Below, one piece after another: positions 38,186 through 50,721 of a DNA stretch of 64,000 nt. The notes beneath the pieces were generated by a model. That model had not been told where the DNA came from and did no database searches. It was given only the letters and a program-made list of their open reading frames with translations. Position numbers and translations under genes: made by a program. The stretch comes from Octopus sinensis. Lineage: Eukaryota. Positions within the stretch are counted from its first letter, which is position 1. Each line of letters starts with the position of its first letter. Location of the stretch: the NCBI RefSeq assembly GCF_006345805.1, contig NC_042997.1, positions 121,458,001 to 121,522,000 on the forward strand, in the 5' to 3' direction.

Positions 38186-38599
38186 AATATTCGATGATGT
38201 AAACTACTTCTTTTCGAATTTATGTTGACAATGTTCAGAGGGTGGAATTGGATTTGCGCAAACCCTTACTCCATTATAAAAATCATCGCTTTAAAAAAAG
38301 TCAGACCTGTCACAAAAATGGCTGGTTGTAGCCATCGCATGTGTCGGACCTTCGATCCGGTCATAACACACGAACACGAATCTATGGACAGCATGTATGT
38401 ATGTATGTATGTATGTATGTATGTATGTATGTATGTATGTATGTATATATGTATGGATGGATGGATGTGTGTATGTATGTATGTATGTATGTATGTATGT
38501 ATGTATGTATGTATGTATGTATGTATGTATGTACATATGTATGTATGTACTATGTATGTACGTACGTATATATGTATGTCAGTGTATGTATGTATGAAT

Positions 38600-39312
38600 G
38601 AATGTATGTATGTCATTATTCAGTTTATTTCAAGATTTCTTCCCAATAGAGAAAGAACCGGTTTCTAACCTAGATCCAAGGCTCTTGCATTGGAATTAAC
38701 ATTAACAACAAGATATTTTTGTCTGTATGCATGTATGTATGTATGTGTGTATGTATGTATGTATGTATGTATGTATGTATCTTTGTATGTACGGGCAGAT
38801 TTGTAAATTTTATATATGTATCTCATGCATAAGGTTGCATATATATTTGAATGATAAACAACTGGAAAGTTTTACGGATTTCTACTGTTCCAGTGATGGA
38901 CTGGATCTGTATTCTTCGAATTAGCTTTCTCCTTTCTGGTTTCAAGAAGCCTTATTTCACAAGATTGTTATTTAAACAGTGTGTTACATATCTCACAGCT
39001 CCCAATAATTACAAGTATAAACCTAAACATGTAATCTGGATATAGTGACTGCAAATTTCTCAATAATTCAGCATAGGTGTTCTCTTTCTCACTGATCTTC
39101 AGCTTTATGTTAACATCCGCTGGGCAGCTAATTGGCACAACTGTGCACAGCATCTCATCTCTATCCCAAATCATTATATCAGGTCTGTTGTGCTTACATT
39201 TTATTGCGGTCTTCTCTGAGACATTCCACCAGTATTCCTTTTTATTATAAGTGGCTATAGCTTCTACCATATTGTGGATTCTCATTTCTTTGTCCTCGAG
39301 ATTATCCTTCCG
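38600..39312 (-). mobile_element. R4/Dong-clade LINE 3' end (restriction-like endonuclease) within (CATA)n
   Basis: WWNVSEKTAIKCKHNRPDIMIWDRDEMLCTVVPISCPADVNIKLKISEKENTYAEL, followed by RRIQIQSITGTVE; putative 3' UTR with aataaa followed by (CATA)n. Confidence 0.85.
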
Positions 39313-39714
39313 ACGTATGTATGTATGTATGTATGTATGTATGTATGTATGTATGTATGTATGTATGTATGTATGTATGTATGTACGTATGTATGTATGC
39401 ATGTGTGTGTGTATGTATGTATGTACGGATGTATGTATGTATTTATGTATGCATGTGTATATGATTTTATACGTGTAAGAATGCATGTATATGCGTATAC
39501 GTATTTATAAATGTACGTATGAATGTATGAATTTCAATGCATATTTGCATGTATAAAAATGTATGTATACATGTATATGTGTGTGTACGCATGTATGTAA
39601 GTGGTTATATATAAATAGATGCATGAAGGTAGGTGAATAGATAGGTAGGTAGATGGATGGGTACGTATGTATGTGTGTGTAATTAGGTATGTAGATAAAT
39701 ATATATATATTTTT

Positions 39715-39958
39715 CATTTGTCTTAGTCATTTCACTGCGGCCATGCTAGAGCACCGCCTTTAGTGTCGAGCAAATCGACCCCAGCACTTTTTAAAACCTA
39801 GTACTTATTCTATTGGTCTCTCTTGCCGAACCGCTAATTGACGGGGACGTAAATACACCAGCATCCGTTGTCAACCGATGTTATGGGGGGGAGCAAACAC
39901 AGACAAACAAACATATGCATACATACACACATACATACATACATACATACATATGCAT

Positions 39959-39989
<31 letters not shown>

Positions 39990-40012
39990 ACACACACACA
40001 CACATATATATA

Positions 40013-40101
<89 letters not shown>

Positions 40102-40255
40102 CGACGGGCTTCTTTTAGTTTCCGTCTACCAAATCCACACACAAAGCTTTGGTCGGCCCGAGGCTATAGTAGAAGACACTTGCCCAAGGTACCACGCAGT
40201 GGGACTGAATCCAGAACCATGTGGTTGGTAAGCAAGTTACTTACCACGCAGCCAC
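39715..40255 (-). mobile_element. SINE family A with an expanded internal microsatellite
   Basis: Reverse complement of tail and head. Confidence 0.93.
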
Positions 40256-40272
40256 GTACACACACACACACA

Positions 40273-40303
<31 letters not shown>

Positions 40304-40400
40304 CATACAAACACACACAAATATATGTATATATGTATGCAATGCATGCATTTATGCTTTCGTACTTATATGTATGTATGCTTGCATTCATGCATGTCCG

Positions 40401-40434
<34 letters not shown>

Positions 40435-40944
40435 CCTGTATACCTGCCTTCATGTAGGTAGGTAGGTAGGTAGGTACGTAGGTAGGTAGGAAGGTAGGTA
40501 GATAGATATTAACGATGGCGCTCTAGAATAGACAATAGAATTTGTCATCTGTCTTCATACAACCATAGGAAAATGCATTAGTCTGATAAGGGTTGAGCTG
40601 TGGCGCTAAAGCATACACAACTTTAAAAGTAATTTTTACAAAACAATACACACTGACTCACACACGCACATACGCGCATACACATGCACATACGTGCAGT
40701 TTACATACACTGGCACACACACAGACACGCACGCATATTTACATCTACACGTATACACAAAGATGCACGTACATAGACTCATACATACATTATCTTTCAA
40801 AGAATGTATTCTCTTACTTAATCAATAACGTTCATCGCTACAACACGAGTGAACAGTAACGATAATTTACTATCCAAGGGAGACAAGTTTATACGGACTT
40901 ATCTCCCCTGCTTCCATTAAATTTACACTCTTGGATTAGTTTCC

Positions 40945-41490
40945 AGACGGCGAGCTGGCAGAAAAGTTAGCACGCCGGGCTAAATGCGTAGCCGTATTTT
41001 GTCAGCTGCTACGTTCTGAGTTCAAGTATCGCCGAGGTCGACTTTGCCTTTCATCCTTTCGGGGTCGATAAATTAAGTATCAGTTACGCACTGGGGTCTA
41101 ATCGAATTAATCCCTTTGTCCTTGTTTGTGCCCTCCATGCTTAGCCTCTTGTGGGTAATAAAGAAACAAGAAGCGTTAGCACACCCGGCGAACTGCTTTG
41201 GGGTATTTCGTTCGCCGCTGCGTTGTGACTTCAAACTCCGCCGGGGTCGACTTTGCCTTTCATCCTTTTGGGGTCGATTAAATAAGCATCAGTTAAGCAC
41301 TGGGGTCGATGTAATCGACTTAATCCCTTTGTCTGTTCTTGTTTGTGGGCAATAAATAAATAAGAAACGTTAGCACGCCGGGCGAAATGCTGTGGTATCT
41401 TCTGAGTTCAAATTCTGCCGAGGTCGACATTACCTTTTATCCTTTCGAGGTCGATAAATTAAGTACCATTACGTACTTGGACCGATCAAA
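40945..41490 (+). mobile_element. SINE family B trimer/cluster
   Basis: Three successive gttagcacgccgggc...ctgagttcaa...gtcgactttgcctttcatcc units. Confidence 0.88.
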
Positions 41491-42014
41491 TCGACTGCCA
41501 CCCGCCTCAAAAAAAAAAAAAAAAAAAATCGGGCATTGTGCCTAGAGTAAAGAAGACTCTTGTATTAGTTTCATGATTAAATTTGTTTAACCTTGATTTC
41601 TGTGTACACTTTAGTTTACTGAGACGAACTGTAGATAGATGTTCATATATGTTTTATTAAAATACAAAAATTAATGTAAAATTTTGATATTTTATTCTGA
41701 AATCTAAATATTACACATAGCTAAATTCGAAACATAATGTCATTAATTATTTTAAATATAACAATATGGACTGTATTCTCTACACAATATAGAAATTAAT
41801 TTATAAGATATTCATAGCAGCTCAAAAGATGAATAACAAAGTGGACATCGGTTGAATTCGAAATCAGAAACTTCAAGGGTCATAAATATGTACGTCATAT
41901 TATTTTCTCTGACGATATAAAGACTTCATTGGCATCCAGCATTAATGTTCATTTTTAATAATGAAACTCGAGCTGCTTTCAGCCGAAGAGATTTAGCCGA
42001 CGTATAGTACATTC

Positions 42015-42150
42015 CTGCAGTTCACGTTCCTCCAGTCCACTGAGCTGGCAAAAAATGAGTAATCCTGCGACGAACCGGCGTCCTGTCCAGGTGGGGAATT
42101 TCTACGCAACTGAATGCGGGAAACCGACCCTTATGGGCCTGGCATGGCTC
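42015..42150 (+). mobile_element. Possible V-domain-like SINE fragment
   Basis: cctgcgacgaaccggcgtcctgtccagg resembles the V-SINE core as I recall it. Confidence 0.35.
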
Positions 42151-42182
42151 GAGATGGAACATTTATTTAGTTATATTACATT

Positions 42183-42612
42183 CAGTAGCGTAACCGGGGG
42201 AGGGGAGGGCAAGTGGGGCACGTGCCCGGGCGCAGATTGAATGGGAGTGCCTCATGAAAAGCAAGAAAGAAGGGACTTTAAACATTTGTTTTTTAAATTT
42301 TTTTTTTATTACATCTCATTTCACACTTTAGGCTTTTTAATATTTCGGTCGGGTACGCTGGTGCATTAAACAGTTGAAATAAGGAGTCTTCGTAAAAGAA
42401 AAAAATTCAAAACATATTTTTTTTTAATTATAAGCTGTACCGAACCGGCAGATGAATGAATCCTGGTAAAGTATTTATTCCTAAGATATTGCTTTAAAAC
42501 ATGACTTACTTGTAACAAATAAGTACTATATAATATCGTGGATTTTGTAAGGGGGGGGGGGGGGCGTTTTTGCGGCTTGCCCCAGGCGCGGTTTACCTTA
42601 GCTATGCCACTG
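42183..42612. mobile_element. hAT-type MITE (Tip100-like termini)
   Basis: TIRs cagtagcgtaacc and reverse-complement cagtggcatagct; flanks attacatt and aatatatt (6/8 match, consistent with a decayed 8-bp TSD); subterminal gcccc(g/a)ggcgc. Confidence 0.65.
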
Positions 42613-42824
42613 AATATATTGTATTTTACGCGCGCGCGCGCACACACACACACACACACAAGATAAAGTCAAAAACTGCCGGCACTTTCGCGAAAACTCT
42701 TTTTAGGCTGAATATACTGGTTTCGACGCTCGTCGTTACGTGACCGAGGGTTAACTTTCATCACTCCAGTTTTCTTTATTTTTTAATATAGAAAAAACAA
42801 GGCCGCTGTAGTGGTAGAAGTCCT

Positions 42825-43135
42825 AAACGTGGTCTTTTGCTATTCGTAAGACCCGCAGAAGAGAAAGCAGGTCAACTCCCGACACCGAGAGCATCGACGG
42901 ATGGATGACTGTGCATCCAGGCTCAGCGGTTGCGTAGGAAGTCGGTGACAAGAAACAGGAAGAAAGAGTGAGAGAAAGTTGGAGCGAAAGAGTACAACAG
43001 GGGTCGCCACCACCCACTGCCGGAGCCTCGTGGAGCTTTTTAGGTGTTTTCGCTCAATAAACACACACAACGCCCGGTCTGCGAATCGAAACCGCGATCC
43101 TCCGACCGCGAGTCCGCCGCCCTAACCATTGGGTG
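42825..43135 (-). mobile_element. SINE family C
   Basis: ggagcctcgtggagcttttaggtgttttcgctcaataaacac...gcgagtccgccgccctaacca. Confidence 0.85.
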
Positions 43136-43349
43136 CTGCTGCTGTTTTATTCGTTGTCATTGTCATCGTTTAACCGCAGGTCAACCCCGATCGACCGACT
43201 CGCTGATGACAACCATTGTAATAGGGATCATCTATTAATTTTTTTTTTTTTTTTTATCTCAGTCAGAGATTTATAAAGTGATTTTTAAAAAAATTACTTC
43301 AGCATTTTAATACCAAATATCTTCCGCATGCACTTTGTCAGTTAAAGTG

Positions 43350-43580
43350 ACATTGGTTCCAGCTGATCCGATCTATGGAACAGCCTAATCGTGAAATTAA
43401 CGTGCAATTGACTGAGCGCTACACGAGCATGCGTACTCTCAACGTAGTTATCAAGGAGATTCACCGCGACACAGAATGTGACAAGGCTGGCCCTTTGAAT
43501 GACAGGTACACTTCATTTTTGCCAACTGAGTGGATTAAAGCAACGTGGAATAAAGTGTCTTTCTCAAGGGCACAACACGT
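43350..43580 (-). mobile_element. SINE family C body
   Basis: cagctgatccgatctatggaacagcc...ggctggccctttgaatgacaggtac. Confidence 0.8.
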
Positions 43581-43744
43581 AATACTAAAAGAATATGACT
43601 ATATCTCCTTTACCACTACAGTAATCCCTTGATTATCACGGGTGTTACGTTCCAAACCGCCCCCGCGATAGGTTAAAAATCGCGAAGTAGAAACAGTACT
43701 GTGCTGTTCTATATTTCAGAGATGTGGATTTTCGTACATTTTTT

Positions 43745-44007
43745 ACATTATTTACATTTGACGAATATTTGTCCTCATCTTGATTGTTGTTAACACAACA
43801 TTTCGGCTGATATACCCTCCAGCCTTCATCAGGTGGCTTGGGGAAATTTCGAACCTGGATTCTCATTCCTAAGGTATTTTTCGAAAAATACCTTAGGAAT
43901 GAGAACCAAGGTTCGAAATTTGATGGAGGCTGGAGGGTATATGAGCCGAAATGTTGTATTAACAAACAAGATGAGGACAGATATCCGTCAAAGGTAAATA
44001 ATGTACA
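43745..44007. mobile_element. Inverted pair of PLE-type terminal repeats nested in the MITE
   Basis: Hairpin centred at 43882/43883 with a perfect 46-bp palindrome at 43860-43905; arms carry hammerhead motifs; same family as 51100-51215. Confidence 0.8.
43793..43836 (-). ncRNA. Minimal hammerhead motif (C15.2 to U)
   Basis: Minus strand: ccac-CTGATGA-A-ggctg.gagggtatat.cagcc-GAAA-t-GT-T-gtg. Confidence 0.7.
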
Positions 44008-44274
44008 TAATTTAGTACTGTATTTCGTTTTTCAATATTTTTATAATTTGTATATATTTATTTTATTATAAATGCAAAACAGCATCACAGAGGAATCGAC
44101 GCAAGTTTGAATAATAAACTGAGATAAGTGAACTGTGATATGTTGAGGGATTACTGTAAGTGAATTTCGAAGATAATAGGGTATTATTTTAGCAAAATTT
44201 AAGATCTGTTTCGCGCCAATCGTGAAGATGCAATGGTAGGTACCCGACATCCTACCCCTTTCGTAAAAATGAAA

Positions 44275-44430
44275 GTTCAGCTGCGTTCTGAATTCAAATC
44301 CCGCCGAGGTCGACTTTGCCTTTCATCCTTTCGGGGTCGATTAAAGAAGTACCAGTTACGTACTGGGGTCGATCTAATCGACTGGCCCCCTTCTCCAAAA
44401 TTTCGGTCCTTGTGCCTAGAGTAGAAAAGT
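44275..44430 (+). mobile_element. SINE family B
   Basis: gcgttctgaattcaaatcccgccgaggtcgactttgcctttcatcc. Confidence 0.85.
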
Positions 44431-45539
44431 ATGAACCCCACTTTATTTGATAGCATAGAAAACGATTGGGCTCGTTTGACGCATCTTAATTTCAGCACTG
44501 CATATTCAGTGAGCGTCAAAAATAAAATTAGCTCAAGTGAACTTCAACTTTATATGAAGGAATCGATTGAATTTTTTATTTTTTATTTTTTTCATTTTTT
44601 TAGTCATATTGCATTTTTTCCTCTTTTTGAAGGTATGTGTCATAATCTATCAAATACGGTTCATGTATTCATACGCTTTCTGCCTTTCAGAAAAAAAATG
44701 TTTAGATGCATGGGAGATAACTCATGATAGCATCAAATCTATAATTTTTCCTTTTAAGTTAGCGTATGTAGTCGACGATCTCATATAATGTAGACGACAG
44801 AGAGAATTCAATCAACAAAATTATCTTTCTTACAGATAAATTGTCTCTGCATCCCAGATAACTTAATAAATTATTTAAATATTTATTCATACGACACGCA
44901 GGTGTGAGACATCAAATGATATGAAATGACGATAGTTTCCTCTTTGATAATAGATAATCAGAATGACAGAATCTATTAACGATTATTCTTTTGACTTGCT
45001 ATTCTCATTCGAGGGCTTTCTGTAATTACTACAATATAAATTATAGAGAATCGTATTTTTATTATTATATGTTGCAAGCCCGGAAGAACTACGGTAATCA
45101 ACATTGTGACTGAATGAAATCCTGTTTCATTCAATAGTGTTGAAGGAGGCAGAGGCAGAAGCTGTTCATTTAACCTTACGGTGATCTGCCAATGTCCTGT
45201 TAAGTCCACTATCTCAATTGAAATTGTTTCTCAAACGTATACATGCTTTCAGGGAAGACAGTTGCGATCCTCTTATCTATCTCATATCACCTATATTATA
45301 TTTAATTCCTTTCGTTTCTCACTTATGTAGAGAAGAAGACTTTACGTCACTCATAGGCCAGCTGCGGCCCGCGAGACTGTCTCAATGGCACGGAGTACGA
45401 TAAATTACCGCCTAATGAAGTGTCATGTCTCATGCGGCTCGCTTCTCATAAAAGGTTGTCTATACCCACGTGGTTGCGCATTGTGCTAAAAATAACAACC
45501 TAATTGTTTAAAATATCATCGCTATTTTTCCTGTTTTAT

Positions 45540-45685
45540 ATGTGGCAGTGTGGTAAGAAGCTTGCTTCCCAATCACATGGTTCCGGGTTCAGTACCACTT
45601 GAGCAAGTCTTCTAATATAACCTCCGGCCGACTAAAACCATGTGAGTAGATTTTGCAGATGGAAACTGAAAGAAGCCCGTACATG
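45540..45685 (+). mobile_element. SINE family A head
   Basis: tgtggtaagaagcttgcttcccaatcacatggttccgggttcag. Confidence 0.8.
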
Positions 45686-45719
45686 ATTGACCGCTAACTC
45701 CAAAATTTCTTTCATTCTC

Positions 45720-46040
45720 ACTCTGTTTATTTCCTCGTCTTCCTTTATGTTGAAGTGCGTAGGCTCGAAACGTAAAAGACTTTCTCACCTTCCCGAGCTA
45801 GTACACCTGCTTGTTGTTTATACACCTGTCTTCGTCTTTTGTTTTTCTGTAAATTTCAACTATATATATATATATATATATATAAGCAGAATTCTTCATC
45901 CCCCCCAAAAAAAAGACAAAGACAGTTGGTGTAGACAACAAACAGATGTATTAGTTTAACGCTCGGGAAGTGAATAAGTCTTTAACGTTTCGAGCCTACG
46001 CTTTTCCACAGAAAAACCCAAGGAGAGAAAGAGAGAATAT
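45720..46040. mobile_element. Two convergent PLE-type terminal repeats around (TA)n, each with a CUGUNGA-type hammerhead-like motif
   Basis: gcgtaggctcgaaacgt on + at ~45757 and on - at ~45985; same family at 56410-56620. Confidence 0.7.
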
Positions 46041-46047
46041 AATATAA

Positions 46048-46151
<104 letters not shown>

Positions 46152-46768
46152 GTATAACCGCTTACCATTCAGCTTAATTGTTCACCTTGTTTTCAGTTCT
46201 CTTAAGCATTATCTGATAGCTTTGTAATTTCAACGCTATGATTGTTTATCATTTAGAATTACATTGTGGGGTAGGTGTGAGAGGCAGGATCTTGCTGGTT
46301 TGAACAAAAACTAGGTAGAAGATTTGGGCCAGGTAAAGCCTGTTTAATTGTTAAATTGTTAACGAACGAAAAACACCACTGGGATGGTCATAACTAGATT
46401 GTTATAACATAAGCTAATGGTTCCGAATCGCCAGTGTCTAAAACTTACGTTAATCTAAGTAGGAATTGTTAAATTCAGAAGTTGTGAGACGCACGCCTTT
46501 CCCAAGGTTATTTACCGAAATTAATTATATTATTTCAAAATATATTTTACTATGAACCAGTGAACAGAAGGCTATTTTGGTAGGGCTCTGATTTGTAAAC
46601 CCAAAGTCTAGTTAACCGTGTTCAGATATAGCTGACCATTGAAAGGCATGAAATAAAAGGAAAAGTGCTTTATTAACAGTTTGTCTACTAAGCCCATTTT
46701 GTGCTATATTTTATTTTACACCATCAGACTAATATTGTTATAAATTACACATTTAAAAAGAATTATAA

Positions 46769-47158
46769 CCGCAGGAGTGACTGTGTGGTAAATCGCTTGC
46801 TTACCAACCACATGTTTCCGGGTTCACTCCCACTGCATGACACCTTGGGCAAGTGTCTTCTAGTATAGCCTCGGGCCAACCAAAGCCTTGTGAGTGGATT
46901 TAGTAGACGGAAACTGAAAGGCGCCCGTCGTATATATGTATGTGCGTGTATATGTTTGTGTGTCTGTATTCGTCCTCCCAACATCGCTTGACAACCGATG
47001 CTGTTGTGTTTACGCCCCCGTAACTTAGCGGTTCGGTAAAAGAGACCGATAGAATAAGTACTAGGCTTACAAAGAATAAGTCCTGGGGTCGATTTGCACG
47101 ACTAAAAAGCGGTGCTCCAGCATGGCCGCAGTCAAATGACTGAAACAAGTAAAAGAGT
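46769..47158 (+). mobile_element. SINE family A, full length
   Basis: Head, short microsatellite and tail. Confidence 0.93.
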
Positions 47159-47589
47159 ATATATAATAGGCTTTAGTTTATTATATAAACTACAATATTG
47201 TTTTGTAGCATGACCAGGGACTCCCTTTGTACAGAACACCTATTATATTCATTTTGTACCACAGGAGCCGTCGGTGGTACACGTGTTAAAAAGCACTAAA
47301 GTGTCCATTATACCTCCATTTATAGATTTTTTTGTCTGTTTATGATTTTTTTCCCAAACATATTATATTTCAGATAATAAGCTTTGATGTCTATTTTTTC
47401 ATAAAACATTGTTTTATGGAGAGCAGCGCTCCAATGAAAGAGACGCCGGTGACTTGTACTTTTCTGACCAGGTCAAATCACAGCTTCTATTGATTCAAAA
47501 TGGAAACCACCTGAGAAATACAAAGAGACGCGTGTTCTGTAAATTTGTTAAAATTTGAATCATGTAGTTTAAAGAAAAAAAATCGGCAT

Positions 47590-48340
47590 TATGTGTCATT
47601 GGTGATTCCAATGGTACATAATGATACAATGTGGAGAGTCAGGAGTGATTCCCATTGTATGTTAATAATATAGTGTGAAAATCAAAAGACTCCTATGGTA
47701 TATTGATAATAGAGTGTGGAGAGTCAGGGGGAATTTCCATAGTATGTGTATAATATAATGTGGAGAGACACCAGTGTCTCCCATGATATGTAAATAATAT
47801 AATGTGGAGAATCACCAGTGTCTCCCATGATATGTAAATTAATATAATGTGGAGAGTCACCAGTGACTCACATGGTATGTTAATAACATATTGTGGAAAA
47901 TGAGGAGTGACTCCTATAGTATAATAATAATAATATACTGTGGAGGATATTAATAATATAGTGTGGAGAGTCGTGGGTAATCCTCGTAGTATGTATATAA
48001 TATAGTGTGGAGAGTCACCAGTGACTATCCTGGTATGTTAATAACGTGGTGGAAAGTCACCGTTGACTCCCATGCTATTGCAATAATGCGGTGTAGAGAG
48101 TCAGAAGTGATTCCCATGGTATTTTACTAATATAATGTGGAGAGTTACCAGTGACTCCATGGTATATTAATAATATGGTGTGGAGAGTGACCGGTGACTC
48201 TCATGTTATACTACTAATATAGTATGGAGAGTGAGGGTTGACCTCCCGCAGTCTGTCTGTATGTAATTTAGTGTGGAGAGCTACCGGTGACTCCATGGTG
48301 TATTACTAATATAGTATGGGGAGTTGCCGGTGAATGCCAA
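47590..48340. repeat. ~44-bp minisatellite, ~17 diverged units, each with an internal dyad
   Basis: Consensus about aatataatgtggagagtcaccagtgactcccatggtatgttaat; gtggag recurs at 47631, 47675, 47716, 47760, 47804, 47849, 47893 ... 48316. Confidence 0.92.
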
Positions 48341-48416
48341 GGTAGGAGAGTATTAAGTTTCTAATGTATAATATGAAGACCTAGATGGATGAATAATCCA
48401 GAGACGTTTTCTGTTT

Positions 48417-48417
<1 letters not shown>

Positions 48418-48462
<45 letters not shown>

Positions 48463-48479
48463 TAATAGTAATGATGATG

Positions 48480-48513
<34 letters not shown>

Positions 48514-48697
48514 TAATAATAACAATAATAATAATAATAATAATGATAATAATGATAATAATAATAATGATAATAATAATGATAATAATAACAATAATAA
48601 CAATAATGATAATAATGATAATGATAATAATAACAATAATAACAATAATGATAATAATAATAATAACAATAATGATAATAATAATAATAATAATAAT
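48418..48697. repeat. (AAT)n/(GAT)/(AAC) microsatellite
   Basis: About 280 bp. Confidence 0.96.
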
Positions 48698-49331
48698 TGA
48701 AACCCTATGGCATATTACCAGCCAATGTACGCCACTAGCCCAGAAGGAATATAAGAGACGCCACGACAATATAGCAAGGCTTGTCCATTGGACGCTTTGC
48801 AACAAGTATAGTCTTGACAGAGAAAAAGATTGGTACGACCACAAACCCGAAGGCATCATCAAAAATGATAACGCAAAGATCCTATGGGATGTTATGATTC
48901 AGTGCGACCACGAGATAGAGAATAGGAAGCCAGACATTGTCTTAGTTGAGAAAGAAAGCAAACTCTGCTGGATCATAGATATAGCATGCCCAATTGACAA
49001 CAAAGTATGCGATAAAGAAGAAAGAAAATTCGAGAGATATGACAGGTTAGCTTGGGAAGTCAAGCAGTTGTGGTCGATAAAAAGGTGGTAGTGGTATCAA
49101 TAATTGTCGGAGCCCTGGGAACAGTGAGAAAAAACTCGAGAAGTACGTTGAAGAAATAGGGGCTGCAATAAGGGTGGAGCGCTTGCAGAAAACAGCACTG
49201 CTTGGAATTGCTCAAAAACTCCGGAAGGTGCTCGAAAACTAAGAGGTGTTACCTTAGTTCACTAGTAGTGAACAGCTGACACTGTAGTACATCTCCAGCG
49301 TTAGAAGCTGTGCAAAGGCAGTAATAATAAT
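48698..49331 (+). mobile_element. R4/Dong-clade LINE 3' fragment (zinc-knuckle remnant + RLE) in (TAA)n
   Basis: ETLWHITSQCTPLAQKEYKRRHDNIARLVHW...NRKPDIVLVEK..IIDIACPID..DKEERKFERYDRL; ends with taataataat at ~49322. Confidence 0.92.
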
Positions 49332-49459
49332 GTCGATACTTAGTGTAGCGATCCATGAAATGTCATCCTCAATATGCAACCCTTTGACTATAGAATGAAA
49401 TCGAAAGTAATTTTACGAAAGTAAAACATTTTTATAATTTTATATTCGCAAGACAAATC

Positions 49460-49830
49460 TTTTTACTTGTATCAGTCTGTCGATTGCGGCTATGTTGAAT
49501 TGTTAGGTGAATGAATCGAGTCCAGTTCGGTAATTCTTTTTTTTTTTTTTTTTTTTTGTTTAGTCTGGCAGTTATTCTCTCGATGTCTTTCGCAGGACTG
49601 CTAACTTATGTGGATCTAAACATACCAACACTGTTTGTCAAGCGGTGATAGGGGACAAGGACAAACACAAAGGCACGCTCACACACACACACACACACGG
49701 GCTTCTTTAAGTTCCCGTCTACCAAATCCACTCAAAAGACGTCGAGATAATAGCCCAGGGGCCACGCTTTGAGACTGAACGCGGAACCATGTGGTTTAGA
49801 AGCGAACTTCTTACCACACAGCCGCGCCTG
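49460..49830 (-). mobile_element. SINE family A, diverged
   Basis: Reverse complement of tail and head. Confidence 0.8.
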
Positions 49831-49936
49831 CACCTATCATAAAAACATTCTAAATGAGACTTAATGTATATACATATACATATAGATGTTTAGAAAGAAA
49901 GAAAAGAAAGAAAGAAAGACAGAAAGAAAGAAAGGG

Positions 49937-50013
<77 letters not shown>

Positions 50014-50226
50014 TGTTTCTTTATTAGCCACACAGGGCTGAACACAGAGGGGACAAATTACAAAGTAGGACTTTTCTTTTCGGGGAGAAAAAAGGGGTGG
50101 GGATAGGTTTTCGATCAAAAGGGATCTTAAAAACAAAACGATCAATAGGGATTGTGTATCAGAGATAGACAGGTAGGTAGGTAGGTAGGTAGGTAGCTAG
50201 CTAGCTACACATATAGACAGACAGAC

Positions 50227-50301
<75 letters not shown>

Positions 50302-50721
50302 TAGATATGTGTTTATATAGATACACACTGATAGACACGCAGACAGAGCGAGAGATAGGTAGACAAAGAGAAAGTAGTTAAATAAATTTTAAAAATATAG
50401 TTACACACACATAAAAACACACACATTCGCGCGCGCATACAAACACATGAATATGCATCTTTTAGTATCGTCAACTGTTCGAGTCAGCTATTGTGTGCTA
50501 TTCATTAGTTCATGTAGCCGTATCGTAGTAAAATAGTATCATAGATAGACAATGTGTTTGATGGTGAATATTCCATTGTGAATATTGTTTCTTTATTGAT
50601 ATAAACATAAAATATAATAGATTTTAACTCTCTGCGTAGGAGAGGTGACAAGTGTCAAATAATGAATGTAATTTCCAAAGATATTCTCTCCTAAGTCAAC
50701 ATCTACGTTATTATTTTCTTT

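Larger units (their letters stand above)
43619..44156. mobile_element. Tigger/pogo-like MITE with TA flanks
   Basis: ta|cagtaatcccttgattatcacg ... tgtgatatgttgagggattactg|ta. Confidence 0.8.

Noticed and set aside
47590-48340. CRISPR-like array of palindromic repeats
   Set aside because: The inter-palindrome segments are homologous rather than unique spacers, the units are diverged, there are no cas genes, and the context is eukaryotic
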